From Lama glama (lineage: Eukaryota), in NCBI GenBank assembly GCA_028534125.1, contig CM052829.1, forward strand, positions 3,782,001 to 3,846,000: DNA of 64,000 nt, written 5' to 3'. The notes below the pieces were generated by a model. That model was not told the origin of the DNA. It did no database searches and saw only the letters and a list, made by a program, of their open reading frames with translations. Numbering within the stretch: position 1 is the first letter of the stretch; the number at the start of each line of letters is the position of its first letter. A program made the translations under genes and the position numbers. Below, piece by piece: positions 26,216 through 37,125 of this stretch.

Positions 26216-27101
26216 CTTGAGTAGTCATGGAAGTAAGATTTAAATGTCCTTGAAGTAGTTTGGGGTTTTTAGTTTTTTGAATAGCCTAGAAAGAGGAGAA
26301 AGCTTCTGGTGTGTAAACATTCAGAGTAAATAAAAAGAAAAGTATCTTTGCCAAGAAGAGAGAAGTTTTCCTAATTGGAGAAGATTTGGTTGCTATTTAT
26401 TCATAACCTGATTGTATCCAATGCTTTAATTAATATTTTCTTAGAATTTTTATTTTTAACTTTTGGTCTTTAATTTGCATATTAAAATATTGCCTATAGT
26501 TAATAGTTAATAGTTTTCATTCCTTTTACCTTGTTTACTGCTTTCTCAGCATCTCACTATTAGTGCATTATTGAGTATTTTCTACAATAAGGACTGAGAA
26601 GGAAGGAGTGCAGATAAAACATTGAACAAAGACCACAATTGAAATGTTGAACATGGTTTTGGTGAATTTATACCAAATGATTGGATACATGAATAAATTA
26701 ATGAATGATAAATGACAAAAGAATAATATTAAAAACAAGGTTTTCATTTGGAAAAGTCAAGCTTTGCTGAGATGGAAAAAATATGTATTTCAAAAAGAAA
26801 ATTCTTGCAAAATGGCATGGATCATTTATATGATAAGCCACAGAATAAAAAAAAAGTAGCAATGATCTTCTTACTAAAAGGGAAATAAGAGCTTCACAAT
26901 GTTACAAGCAATTGGAAGAGGAAAATAGGAGACAATAGATCTAAGTTTTGGGCCCAGTTTGGACTCCAGAGAAAGGGTCCTGTTCTTCACAGTCTTAAGA
27001 TTATCAGGTCCAGACTACAAAGCAGAGTTGGAAGAAGAGTGTAATATATACACTAATAGAAATACAGACAGACTAATGAAAAATCTAAGCATAGCAGGGT
27101 A

Positions 27102-27149
27102 GCTTAGGGTAAGCTTAGGATAAGCTCAGGATAAGCTCAGGACAGCTTA
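27102..27149. repeat. Short 11-bp tandem repeat (TAAGCTYAGGA x ~4)
   Basis: gcttaggg-taagcttagga-taagctcagga-taagctcagga-cagctt. Confidence 0.8.
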
Positions 27150-27882
27150 TCACACTTGCCAGCATGTGCGTAGGGAGACTACAAGTCTTCAAAAGAAGTC
27201 CTTCATCCTGCATGCCACTTAAGCCATAAGAAGAGGCCAGGCTGACAGTGCTGGTAGACTGAAATGGGCCTTGGATGGAAGTCAGGCCAGGACCATGGAC
27301 AGCAACAGCAGAGTCTTGGCCTTTACAGAAATGGTAAGCAAGACTTCGGGGACTGCCAGCTTATGACATCCACGAGGATAGTAGGCATGAACATCGCTGC
27401 AAGAAAGTCAGCAAGCAAAAAAGATGGCTCATGGATAAGAGTATACCTTTCCAGATGTAAGAGTAATACACAGATCAACTGGAAATGCATCATTCAGGGA
27501 TGACTGAAGAATCGGGGGAAGAGAAGAATTCTGAACTTGATTATTTATCTGGTAGAGCCCAATTTTAAAAGTGGAAAAGTTTGAGTCACCCTGACTTATC
27601 ATGTTACATTTGTTCAGCTATTATGTGAAATAGGAGCTCATGAACTGTAGTGAATTCATTTATAAACAAATAAATAAAATTAACTGTATTCACTTGTTTA
27701 TAACTATAAATCTTAAACCAGTTATAATATGAGTCAGATTCCACCTTCTTATGGACAGACTAAGCTCTAGAGAAGACAGGTCAATGGTTTTTAAAACCAT
27801 TTTTCTCACTGGAGAAAAATACAGGAGTTATGTAATCCAGGTTCAAATCTGAATTCCTCCATTCACTGGCTATGTGGCTTCT

Positions 27883-28305
27883 GTTGAGAATAAATTCTCT
27901 ATAGGTCTCACATTTCTGCATGTCTTATGAGCAGAGGCACTGCCTTCTGTGTTCTACACTTTACTTTCAAGGATGTTTATAGAGTGAACAGCCTTGAAAG
28001 ACAGAGATAATGTCTTCCTCTGGGGCAAAGGACAGGCATGCTTACTTCCTGTTATAGAAGATTTGGGTTCCCTAAGCTCAGGGTTCCCCTCCTATAATGC
28101 TGTCCACTGCATGCAAGACAGTCACCTGCTTCTTTTCATTTCACCCTGTTAGAATCGGGGCTTGGGGCCTGCTAAACAAATGAAAAAGACTGCTATTCTG
28201 GCTAATGCTGCTATTGTGAGTAATGAGGTCCTTTGTCTCTAACCGAGGAATCCCATGTATTCTGTAGTACCTGTGAAACACGGGAAAAATGATTTTCCAG
28301 CAAGC
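27883..28305 (+). mobile_element. ERVL-class solo LTR (MER74/LTR47-like) inserted into a MIR
   Basis: Begins TGTTGAGAATAAATTCTC...GAGCAGAGGCACTG...TTCAAGGATGTTT; MIR sequence lies on both sides. Confidence 0.6.
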
Positions 28306-28414
28306 ATGACCCTGACTCTGATTTTTCTCGTTTGTGAAATGAAGACTGTACTCTGTTCTTTACAGGACTGCTGTTGAAATGAAAGAAGAGAATGTAAAAA
28401 TAAAAAATACAATA

Positions 28415-28650
28415 TACGGATTAAGAGCTTGGATCCTGAAGACTAATAGCCTGGGTTTAAATTCCAGCTCTACTGTTCACCAAGTAAATGGCTTTGGGCA
28501 AGATACTTTACGTCTTTGTGCCTCAAGTTAGTCATAAGTGAGATGTGAGTGGGTTATAATATTACCAACCTCATATTGTTCTGAGTATTAAATGCTCTGA
28601 GAGTATTTCCTGGCACATGCTATGCACTGTATCAGTGTCTGCTATAAAGC
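28415..28650 (+). mobile_element. MIR SINE
   Basis: CCTGGGTTTAAATTCCAGCTCTAC...TTGGGCAAG...TGTGCCTCA core. Confidence 0.8.
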
Positions 28651-29843
28651 ATTGAACAGAGAAATTTATAGCCAGCTGGTTTGCAATAAGTGGTAAATTA
28701 AAGACAGACAAATAGATAAATGCATACGTAGATACAGAGATGCACATATATACGTGCATACGTAAATGTTACTGAAATACGGATAATGTTGGTCCAGAAA
28801 CTAAAGAGAGAACTTCTGGCCACAGGTGCTTATATAGAGAATTGGCAATGTATGATAAATAGAATTTAGATTTCTATAAAGAAGAGGAAGCATGTGTGGT
28901 CCAAATACCAAAAATACTCTAGCACAGACACAGAAAACCTTGGAGCAAGAAGGGACAACAGTAGGTTGCGGCTGCTATGCCTTTTCTGTACTCCTTTCAT
29001 TTCCCGTTCAAAGTAAAACACACAGTAGGTGCTAAATAATGTGGCTGGCTAACTAGAAAAGTAAGATCTTTAAATAATTATTGTGTCTGGTGAATCTTTA
29101 AGTCAGAATTTAATATGAATGAATTCAATGTGCATTGATTTTTTGGAAAATCTTCCAACTCCGCTGGCTGGTAAGATGGCCCTTGGTGCAATTTAAGGCC
29201 GAAAACAGAGCTTCCAACAGCACTTCTTTAAGTGCAAATGCATAATCGCTCTCTCTTCAGTCCACTGAATTCAGACGTTTACTGGGCCCTTTCTCTGTTG
29301 CATCGATTTGGCACTAACGACACGCTTCCATCTTAGAGTGAGATCATTTTACTTTTCTCTAGGAGAACATAATGATAATCTTAGTTTTTTTGTAATCCTT
29401 TTCATTTAAAAAAATTCTTTGCGTCTCTATTTTTTGTTCCAGTCTTATGTTAGGAACATCAGGTGGTAGCCACAATGGAGAAATACATTTTCTAGCAGCT
29501 GTGAACATTATCCTAGATACATACACTTCCCTAAAGAAATTAAACCATCTGGGTATTTTTCCAGATGCACTGAATTTATTGGGGAAAAAAATAGCATAAG
29601 ATGCATCTTATTGGAGAGAAGAGGAAAAAAATAAGTCTTTGTAATAAATTGCAAATTGATGGTAAATTTTAACAATCTAGAGTAATTTCACACACTGGGA
29701 GAAAATAACTGATTTTTCATGTTTGCCCTTCTAATTTGTTTTGCTCATCTGTCTGAAGATTGGAGCAATCTGTGTAATTCTAAAGGAAGTGTTTACAAGT
29801 AGTAACTGTCATAATTGTAGCGGTCTATGCCATCCTGGTCACA

Positions 29844-29969
29844 TTAGATAGTTTCGTAAGATTGTGCTGCCTTACCTGGCTAATTCCAGCTTTAGAGTTA
29901 ATGGTGTTAGATAGTTTCGTAAGATTGTGCTGCCTTACCTGGCTAATTCCAGCTTTAGAGTTAATGGTG
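29844..29969. repeat. Perfect 63-bp tandem duplication (2 copies)
   Basis: 29844-29906 is identical to 29907-29969. Confidence 0.95.
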
Positions 29970-29992
29970 TATATGCATGCCAGCTTCCTCAC
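29939..29992 (-). pseudogene. Putative fossil exon, 54 nt, open (VRKLACIYTINSKAGISQ)
   Basis: Acceptor CCCTTGCTCTTCCAG and donor CAG|GTAAGG; phase 0-0. Confidence 0.55.
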
Positions 29993-30290
29993 CTGGAAGA
30001 GCAAGGGCAGAATAACAAGTAAGTATCTTCAAGAAGGAAAATGAAACAGTTAACTGCATGAAAAGTTAGTGCCCCAGACAACACTAGCACTTACAAAGCA
30101 TGTTTCTTGTGTACCCTTGATGTCTTAGATCATAGTTAATGGAATGTATTTTTTGATGCTCAGTACATGTCGTAAATTACATGGAATGACATCAAAAGCC
30201 TTCACTCTGGTCTTTCACTTTATGCGAGCTTCAGAAACAATGAAGATCTATTGGGCATGAGGAAAATTTGATATTTTTAAACCAATTCAC

Positions 30291-30443
30291 CCTGAAATTC
30301 CCCTGTGCCATTATGTGTCCTGCCAAAGTTGGCCCAGCCTATTTCTCACACTGTATGGAGTGAAATAAATCTGTGTAATGGGTCTTCTGGATGGGATCTG
30401 CCACACGTGGGGCTACTGAATAGCAGAGACAGGGGAAATGACA
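30291..30443 (-). pseudogene. Putative fossil exon
   Basis: Very strong acceptor TTTTCTTTTTTCTTTTTTCTGCCCAG and donor AGG|GTGAAT; 153 nt; stops in all three frames. Confidence 0.45.
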
Positions 30444-30944
30444 CTGGGCAGAAAAAAGAAAAAAGAAAACTGTTTCCTCTCATTTGGAGCTTTATTGGCA
30501 TTTTGGGCAAGATAAATTTTTTTAGTGTGAGGCACTGAGCACTGTTATGAACATTCAGAAATGACAGCTTTTCTGACCCTCATCACTACAGGGCAGCAGT
30601 GCCTCTCAGGCTCTGTGACAGGCAGAGGGTGCACTCTTTTATTTCTAACCCTTTCCCTGTGCAAGTTGACCATGTCGTAGTTGGTTGAGAATCCCTGGGC
30701 CTTGGCTGATTCGACCTCCCAGCACCAAGAGCCATTCCTTACAGCATTTGCAGCTGTAGCCTAGAGAACAGAAAGAAGATGGCTTTTCTTTCAAAAGCTA
30801 GATTGGATCATGGCTACAAGGATTCAGTCTATCTTGACATTTACAACATCCTTATTTCTTCAAAAATATGGTTTTTTTAAGTTAAAAAGGGTACCCTACC
30901 ATTTTAAAGCAAGATTCTAAACCATGTACTTCACGCTTACAGCC

Positions 30945-32150
30945 AACTATATAATTTGCAGGGCTTAGGGCAATCTGAAAACCTGAGGCTTCTTGTTTAA
31001 AAAGCAGGGTTAAAAGTGCAATTAAAGGTTTTAAAATGTAAAAAAAAAAATTCCTTTAAAAAATTGTATTACTTACAAAACATAATAGAGTAAGAGTGAT
31101 GCATGAATATAAATTGTAAAAGAAATATTTCCATGTTATAATTTATGTAATACAAAAATGCTTTATTAACGTGACACCTTAATTGATCATAAGACTTTTC
31201 TGGCTCCCTTTTCTGCAGACGCATTTAGCAGGTCATCAGGGTGTATAGTCTTGGCAACGTCATGAAGACTCCAGCCAACTGCTACTTTCATCACCATGGT
31301 TTTACAAGGCCTTTAAAGAAATTGGATATCGGACAGGTAATTTGTATCAATGAATTACAGGGTATGCAAGATAGAACTGGATATCATGACGGCCCTGCCT
31401 CTCATTTTGTTTCCTTTTTTTTTTTTAAACTATATTATCCAAGTAGAAATTTGGGAGCCACCTTCTAAATGCTGTGCAGGTATGAGCAGAGGAGCTCAAC
31501 AGCTGAAAATCTATTTGAGGAAGATCTTTCACTCTTAATTGAAAGCAACATTAGTAGCTTTTGGCAAATGTTAAATTACAAATCACCATCAAAAGTCTTA
31601 AATTTTAAGAAGTTAATGGACCTATCACTGGAGTTGTTAAGAATATTTCATAGGCTGTGACAACGTTAGTACACATCTCTGATGAATCATTTTAAAGTAC
31701 AAATTTTAGTTCTTCCAGGGCTGATGATTCTCACAGAACAGTTTTGCTAAAAAGTTAAATCTTCATGCAAATCAATTTCATGTAAGTTTAATCTTACAGT
31801 GAATTTATGCAATGGAATTCTGATATTCCTTCAGACATTTTCTGCAACTTGTTCTACAATGTGTGACTTCATGAATTGCATATAATTAAAAATGCCTTTT
31901 ATCCTTTCTATTGGTCTATCTTCAATTAAAAGTAAAGTTATATTCTTCATTAATAACTGGTCCATCCGAAGTGTCATAGGAAAAGTGTTAATTTCCATCG
32001 AATGCAACAATCCTTAAATTTAATTTGTATTTCTAAACCTATGTATGTTTGCTTTCCAAAGTTGTACCAGTTTTTGAAACCAGAGATCCTGAATTCCTTG
32101 AATTCTAACAACTCCTTAATATACTTTAATTAAAGCATCCATGTTTACAC
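30945..32150 (-). mobile_element. Decayed hAT-Tip100 (Zaphod-like) transposon with a transposase remnant
   Basis: Reverse strand ~31682-31620 reads SEMCTNVVTAYEIFLTTPV, resembling the hAT C-terminal dimerisation motif (PNxxxAxxIxLTxPV), followed by NICQKLLMLLSIKSE. Confidence 0.7.
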
Positions 32151-32569
32151 TTTTTTCTTTTTTACTGAGATAAAATTCAGACCATAAAATTAACACCTTT
32201 AAATTGTGTAATTTGATGTTTCTTAGTATATTTTCAAGGTTTTAAAGCCATCATCACTGTCTAATTCCAGGACTTGATGTATCTAAGTACAAAATATGAC
32301 TAGATTAGAAAGTGTTTTCAAGACGTTATTGCTATTGCTACGCAGGTGAAACAATCCATGTTCTACTCCTACAAGACATCGGTTTGGAAATTGTATCACA
32401 CGTTTTATTTAGCTTCTCAATTGTGTTACTTGTTTGATTCATTTTCATGGGTATCTGTGTCTCTGTAGCCAAAATGATCAGAGATAGCACTCGGTTTGGT
32501 TGTTACAGCTGTTTTAAGAGGCGATTTGGATCACTGTAGAGTCAATGTAATTGCTTGTAAGAAACTTAC

Positions 32570-32708
32570 AAACATTCCAGAAAACACAGAAAAATCCCAC
32601 TATGGATTATCTGAAGATTGTCCTGGACCACTGCCACTGCAGGAGCTCTTGAGTGTATCTGCTACAGCCAGATGTTTGTGTTTTCATAGCATTACACTCT
32701 GGGAAGCA
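32570..32708 (-). pseudogene. Putative fossil exon
   Basis: Strong acceptor CCTTCTCTCTCAG and donor GTAAGT; stops in all three frames. Confidence 0.45.
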
Positions 32709-33230
32709 CTGAGAGAGAAGGCGATGACTAGATGGGGCAGGAGCAGAGCCCTAGGCGTTAATAAAGCCAACACACATTTCAATAGATCACAAGACCTTTT
32801 GAATCAAACATTTTTCAAAACCATTTGCAAAGCTGAGTTAATGGCCTTCACATCTTCCTTATTTTTCTAGGAAAGGAAATATAATTTAATGACATCTTTG
32901 GGGTTTGCTTTGTCTTCTATAAATCCTACAGGTTATACTATCAGAGAAGCTTTTCTGAGCTTATAGAGTCATTAAGCAAGTAAGAACCTGTTTTTTTCTG
33001 AACAAAAATTTAAATTTCTTAAAGACAGAAACATGCTCTGACCAAGAACATACATCTACTGCACTATTTGATGAGTTCCTTTTTCTTCAGGAATCCAAAG
33101 TCTAGTTTTGCTTTTATCTAACAAATCATATAATGTATGAAAGAATAAACGGGCTCATTGTTGATTAGAAAATTAAATAGGTAGGTAGGTAGGTAGATAA
33201 ACTGATTTAAAATGATAAAGTATGTTTGCA

Positions 33231-33244
33231 CCAGTAGGGGGAGC
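33231..33244 (+). promoter_or_regulatory. Candidate CTCF motif
   Basis: CCAGTAGGGGGAGC fits the CTCF core CCASYAGRKGGMRC. Confidence 0.45.
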
Positions 33245-33410
33245 AGAGGGGTCCTCTTGATCACTCCATGAGGTTAAATCCAGAAATCCACGCAAAGGAT
33301 ACTGAAGGTTTTGCAGCGTTCCTAGGCCAGTATGGGGTACGACTGAGAAGTGGTCTGCAGTAAGTGCCTCAGGTTTGGGCATCACAGTCCTGTTTCGGTA
33401 CGTCTTCAGT
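33232..33410 (-). pseudogene. Putative fossil exon
   Basis: Acceptor TATTCATGTAG; open frame LKTYRNRTVMPKPEALTADHF...SAPPT; the donor (GTGCAA) is weak. Confidence 0.3.
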
Positions 33411-33834
33411 CTACATGAATAGCATGTGCAAATAATAACAATAAATTAGATTGACTTCCGTGTGATAGAAAAAACGCAGGCTCTCCTTGGGAAATGGGGT
33501 ACTTGATTTCTAGGGATGCAGTTTATAGTTAGGGGTAAAATTAATAAGGTCTATTCTGTGATCCCAGAGCCCCACAGCTAGAAGGGAAACTGACAGGTAA
33601 AAATTTTGGTTATCACAAGACAAAAGAAAGGCCAAATGTTGGAATGAAGAGAAAGAAGGCAATTTTGAACTGAGAAAACCCAGCATGGCTTTATAATGAA
33701 AAGAAATTTTGAAATGATCCCTGAAAAAAGAATACAATTTTAATATGTAGAGAGAAAAATGGGGATTCTGGGGTTGAGGAAATTTTGTGAATAGACACAA
33801 AGCAGTGTGGATATATGTTTGCAGACGTTGGAAT

Positions 33835-34066
33835 CGGGTTCAGTACTTTTTTTTTTCTGTAAAGCGTCACACAGTAAATTTTTTAGGCTCTGATGGCCAC
33901 TTTTTGGGGTTTTGCTTTGCCTTCTATAAATCCTACCAGCGATCCCTGGTACAGCTACTCTCCTCTGCAGTAGTAACGGGAAAGCAGCCAGACAATACAC
34001 AGGTGACGGTGTGACTGTTCCAAAAAGACTTTATAAAACAGATGTCACATAGCCATAGTTTGCTAT
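33835..34066 (+). mobile_element. MER58A with an internal 34-bp foreign insert
   Basis: TTTTTCTGTAAAG...TTTTAGGCT...GAAAGCAGCCAGACAATAC...CCATAGTTTGC. Confidence 0.75.
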
Positions 34067-34802
34067 CTATAAACTCCATGAGGACAGTGATTTTTGTCTG
34101 TTCTGTTCTCTAATTTATTCCAACACCTAGACAGTGCCTGACTTATAGGGCATGGTCAATAAACTTTTTTATTGAGATAAAATTGACATATAACATTATA
34201 TTAGTTTCCAGCATGCAACATAATGCTTAGATATTTGTATACATTGTGAAATGATCACCACAATAAGTCTAGTCAACACTTGTTAACTGACGAGGAAACA
34301 GAGCATGAAGATGGACAGATAAAGTGGGACCACATCTAGGAACCCCTGACTGTCATCCTGAGACGGGGTTTTGTCTCACACAAAACCACCAAAGGTTTTC
34401 TACAGCGTGATTACTGTCTGCATTTCAGGATGGCTTCTGGCAGATAAGCTTGATGGATTGAAGAGCAAAGATGTTTGAATCAGAAGGATAGGCTGGCATA
34501 TCATAATTCATGCAAGAGAGAAGAGATTCTTAACCAGGACCTGGGGTGTTGGACATAGTAAAACATAGATTTTAGAGACTTCACCTGTAGGGCTCAGCCC
34601 TGTGCTTAAGATTCAAAGACAAAATTTAGGATGACTCTTGGCAACTAACTAGGAGGAGCATGGCTGGCCCATTCTGTAACTCACAGGAGCCAGAATACTT
34701 TCAGGAAAGAGCAAAAAAAAGTCAAATGTAGGTGGAAATGATATATCCACTTGTAAATGTCATGTCCAGTAGGTTATCAGAAAGCTGGTTTATTTAAAAG
34801 TT

Positions 34803-35155
34803 CACTTGTATGTGGAATCTTAAAAAAAAAAGACACTATGAACTCACCTACAAAACAGAAACAGACTCGCAGACAGTAAACAATCTTCTGGTTACCAGGG
34901 AAAGGAGGTGGGAAGGGATAAATTTGAGAGTTTGAGACTTACAAATGTTAGCCATTATATATAAAAATAGATTTAAAAAACTTTCTTCTGTAGAGCTCAG
35001 GGAAATACGTTCAACATCTTATAATAACCTTTAATGAAAAAAATATGAAAACAAATATATGTATGTGTATGCATGACTGGGACATTGTGCTGCACACCAG
35101 GAATGGACACATTGTAATTGACTGTACTTTAATAAAAAATAAATAAAATTTTTAA
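34803..35155 (+). mobile_element. Young 5'-truncated L1 3' end (cetartiodactyl/camelid type)
   Basis: CACTTGTATGTGGAATCT...AAAACAGAAACAGACTC...GCATGACTGGGACATTGTGCTG...AATAAA plus A tail; candidate TSD AAAAGTT. Confidence 0.85.
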
Positions 35156-35329
35156 AAAAGTTTCTCTTTTAAGAATTAAATTTAACAGACTTTCTCATAT
35201 GATATCAGTGAGTTCTTCTGCCCATAGTGGACACCCTTGTAAGGCATGTAGTGGGTGGTTCTCAAACTTCTATTTAGGTAACCTGGGTCCACAAGAAACC
35301 AAACAAAATAAAAGTCAGGGACCTCCACT

Positions 35330-35760
35330 GAAATCACTTCTATCTTGCATACATTGTGAGTTACCCAATGACCTGTGGGACATCTGACTTATTACAAAGC
35401 CTTCAGAAAACAGCAGTGATAAAAGTAGTCATTGGCTGGAGTTTTCACGAAATTACATTTATGAAGCAGGACATGTTTGACATCTGAGGTCATGAGTGGA
35501 CCAAAAATAAAATTTTAAGGTCTTTACCATATGGATCACTAGTGCAGAGGCTAATGACACATGTCACTGAGACGTGCCTCCAGCCCAAGAAGGAGTCCTC
35601 AGGGGACCGAAAGTACATGTAGTTGCAATTTTATTGATGATTCTATTTCTGAAACGTTGTTCTCTGTCATCACAATTGCAAGAAGAAACACTGACGAGAA
35701 CCACAACACAATTAGGTCAGAAATTAAGGAATGCATTTGGACTTAGAGAAGTCAAAGGGT
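35330..35760 (+). mobile_element. Second hAT/Zaphod-like fragment, opposite orientation to the one at 31 kb
   Basis: The reverse complement of ~35360-35447 resembles 31265-31350 (GAARACTCCAGCCAA..CTACTTTYATCAC..GAAGGC/CAAGGC..GAT..CAGGT). Confidence 0.5.
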
Positions 35761-36799
35761 AACTTAGAAGTCTAAGAAGGGGATCTCAGGTTCACCACCC
35801 CTGATTCCTCCAGAGGGCCACAGGCTAGGGTTCACAGTTATTGGCTCCTTTCTTTAGATTTTTATCGTCAAAATGTTGTCCTTAATATTCTATTTTCTAG
35901 AGAAAAACTACAAAATCAAATCGTTACTGGGGCCACAAAGATACTATCAATGTGGCCAGGGTGGGCCAGAAGTAACGAAGTGGTGTTGGAGGTCAGAGTG
36001 AGAAACACAAGTCCGTGTGAAAGACTGAGGGATGGGAGACTGCGGTTCCGTTCCAGCTGAATGTGGCTTTGTATCCCTGCCTTTCACAGTTTTTATGCAA
36101 GGCAAGACTAATGTGTGCTTTATCTGAAATCTATGAATGTTTCAATGTTGTCAGTTAATTATCGTTTCCATGTGTTGGGTCAAAAAAGAAAATAACGGTA
36201 TGTCCCCAGTTTGCTGTCTCCTGTTTTGAGTCATTTTCTTGTGAGAAACCCTTGATGAATCGTTCAATGATTGATCACCACTAGCTACTGTTTTGAGCAA
36301 ATGTGTTTATAAAAATTTAACAGGACTTGATTCAGAGGAGAACAGAAAACTGCTATGAGAAGTAAAGAACAGAGAATTATTAGGATCGCTAACACTTTCA
36401 TTGAATTAACTATGTGTTATTTGTTTAAAGACCTTTAGATATAGCAACATATTTAATCCTCAGAACAGCCTTGCTAGTAGAGGACTATTTGACGAAGAAA
36501 TTGAAGCACAGAGAGATTATGTAACTTACACAGCTGGACAGTGGCCACCCTGCAGCTGACTGCCGACTGAGTAAGTTCAATTTCTGCGCTCCAGCCATGG
36601 TACAGCCTCACATATTCATACTGAGATGGCAGAAAGTCACTCCGCCTGTCTGATCTTAGTTCTCTTATTGCTAAAATGGGAATCTACAACTATCTACACC
36701 ATGTGGTTGTTGTGAGGATAAAGTAGATAATACAAATGAGTTTCCTTTACATTACCACGTGTTACTTAAACATACATTTTTATGAACCATTTGGTACAA

Positions 36800-37125
36800 G
36801 GTTCTTAGCATTGCTCAGACCATACTCTCTGTCATCATGCTTTATTAAAACAGCTGGGATCATCTCTGTAATTCTGCAGCCGAAGCATGGCTTGACAGTT
36901 TGGTGAGTGGTCATTCAGTGTTCGACTTGATCTTCTTGCTCTGCTGGCATCCGTAGACTACTGAATGTTTTAAAGAGGTGCTGAATATGCAGGGAAATTG
37001 AATGTAGCCAGTTGTGCAGGTACAGTGAACCATAAAAGGCATAATCAAGCTGCTTAACATTTTTTTTTTTTGCTTTAGTGTGTCTCCAGCACCCTGGCAC
37101 TACCAGCTGTTTGAGTTCTTGAGGA
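36800..37125 (-). pseudogene. Putative 5' fossil exon
   Basis: Acceptor CCCTGCTTCAG at 37127/37126. An upstream ATG|GTGAGA lies at 37283-37275. Across frameshifts it reads MSSRTQTAGSARVLETH* / NVKQLDYAFYGSLYLHN / TFNFPAYSAPL*. The 3' boundary is uncertain. Confidence 0.35.

Noticed and set aside
26034-26232. Plus-strand exon reading (TTTATAG|GATACC...GGAA|GTAAGA)
   Set aside because: Stops in all three frames and no plus-strand partner exons; the minus-strand reading fits the colinear series better.
30945-32150. Domesticated hAT-derived gene (ZMYM/ZBED-like)
   Set aside because: Multiple stops and frameshifts; only short motifs survive.
32496-32870. 124-aa plus-strand ORF
   Set aside because: Non-ATG start and no motif; it overlaps a minus-strand segment with much better splice signals.
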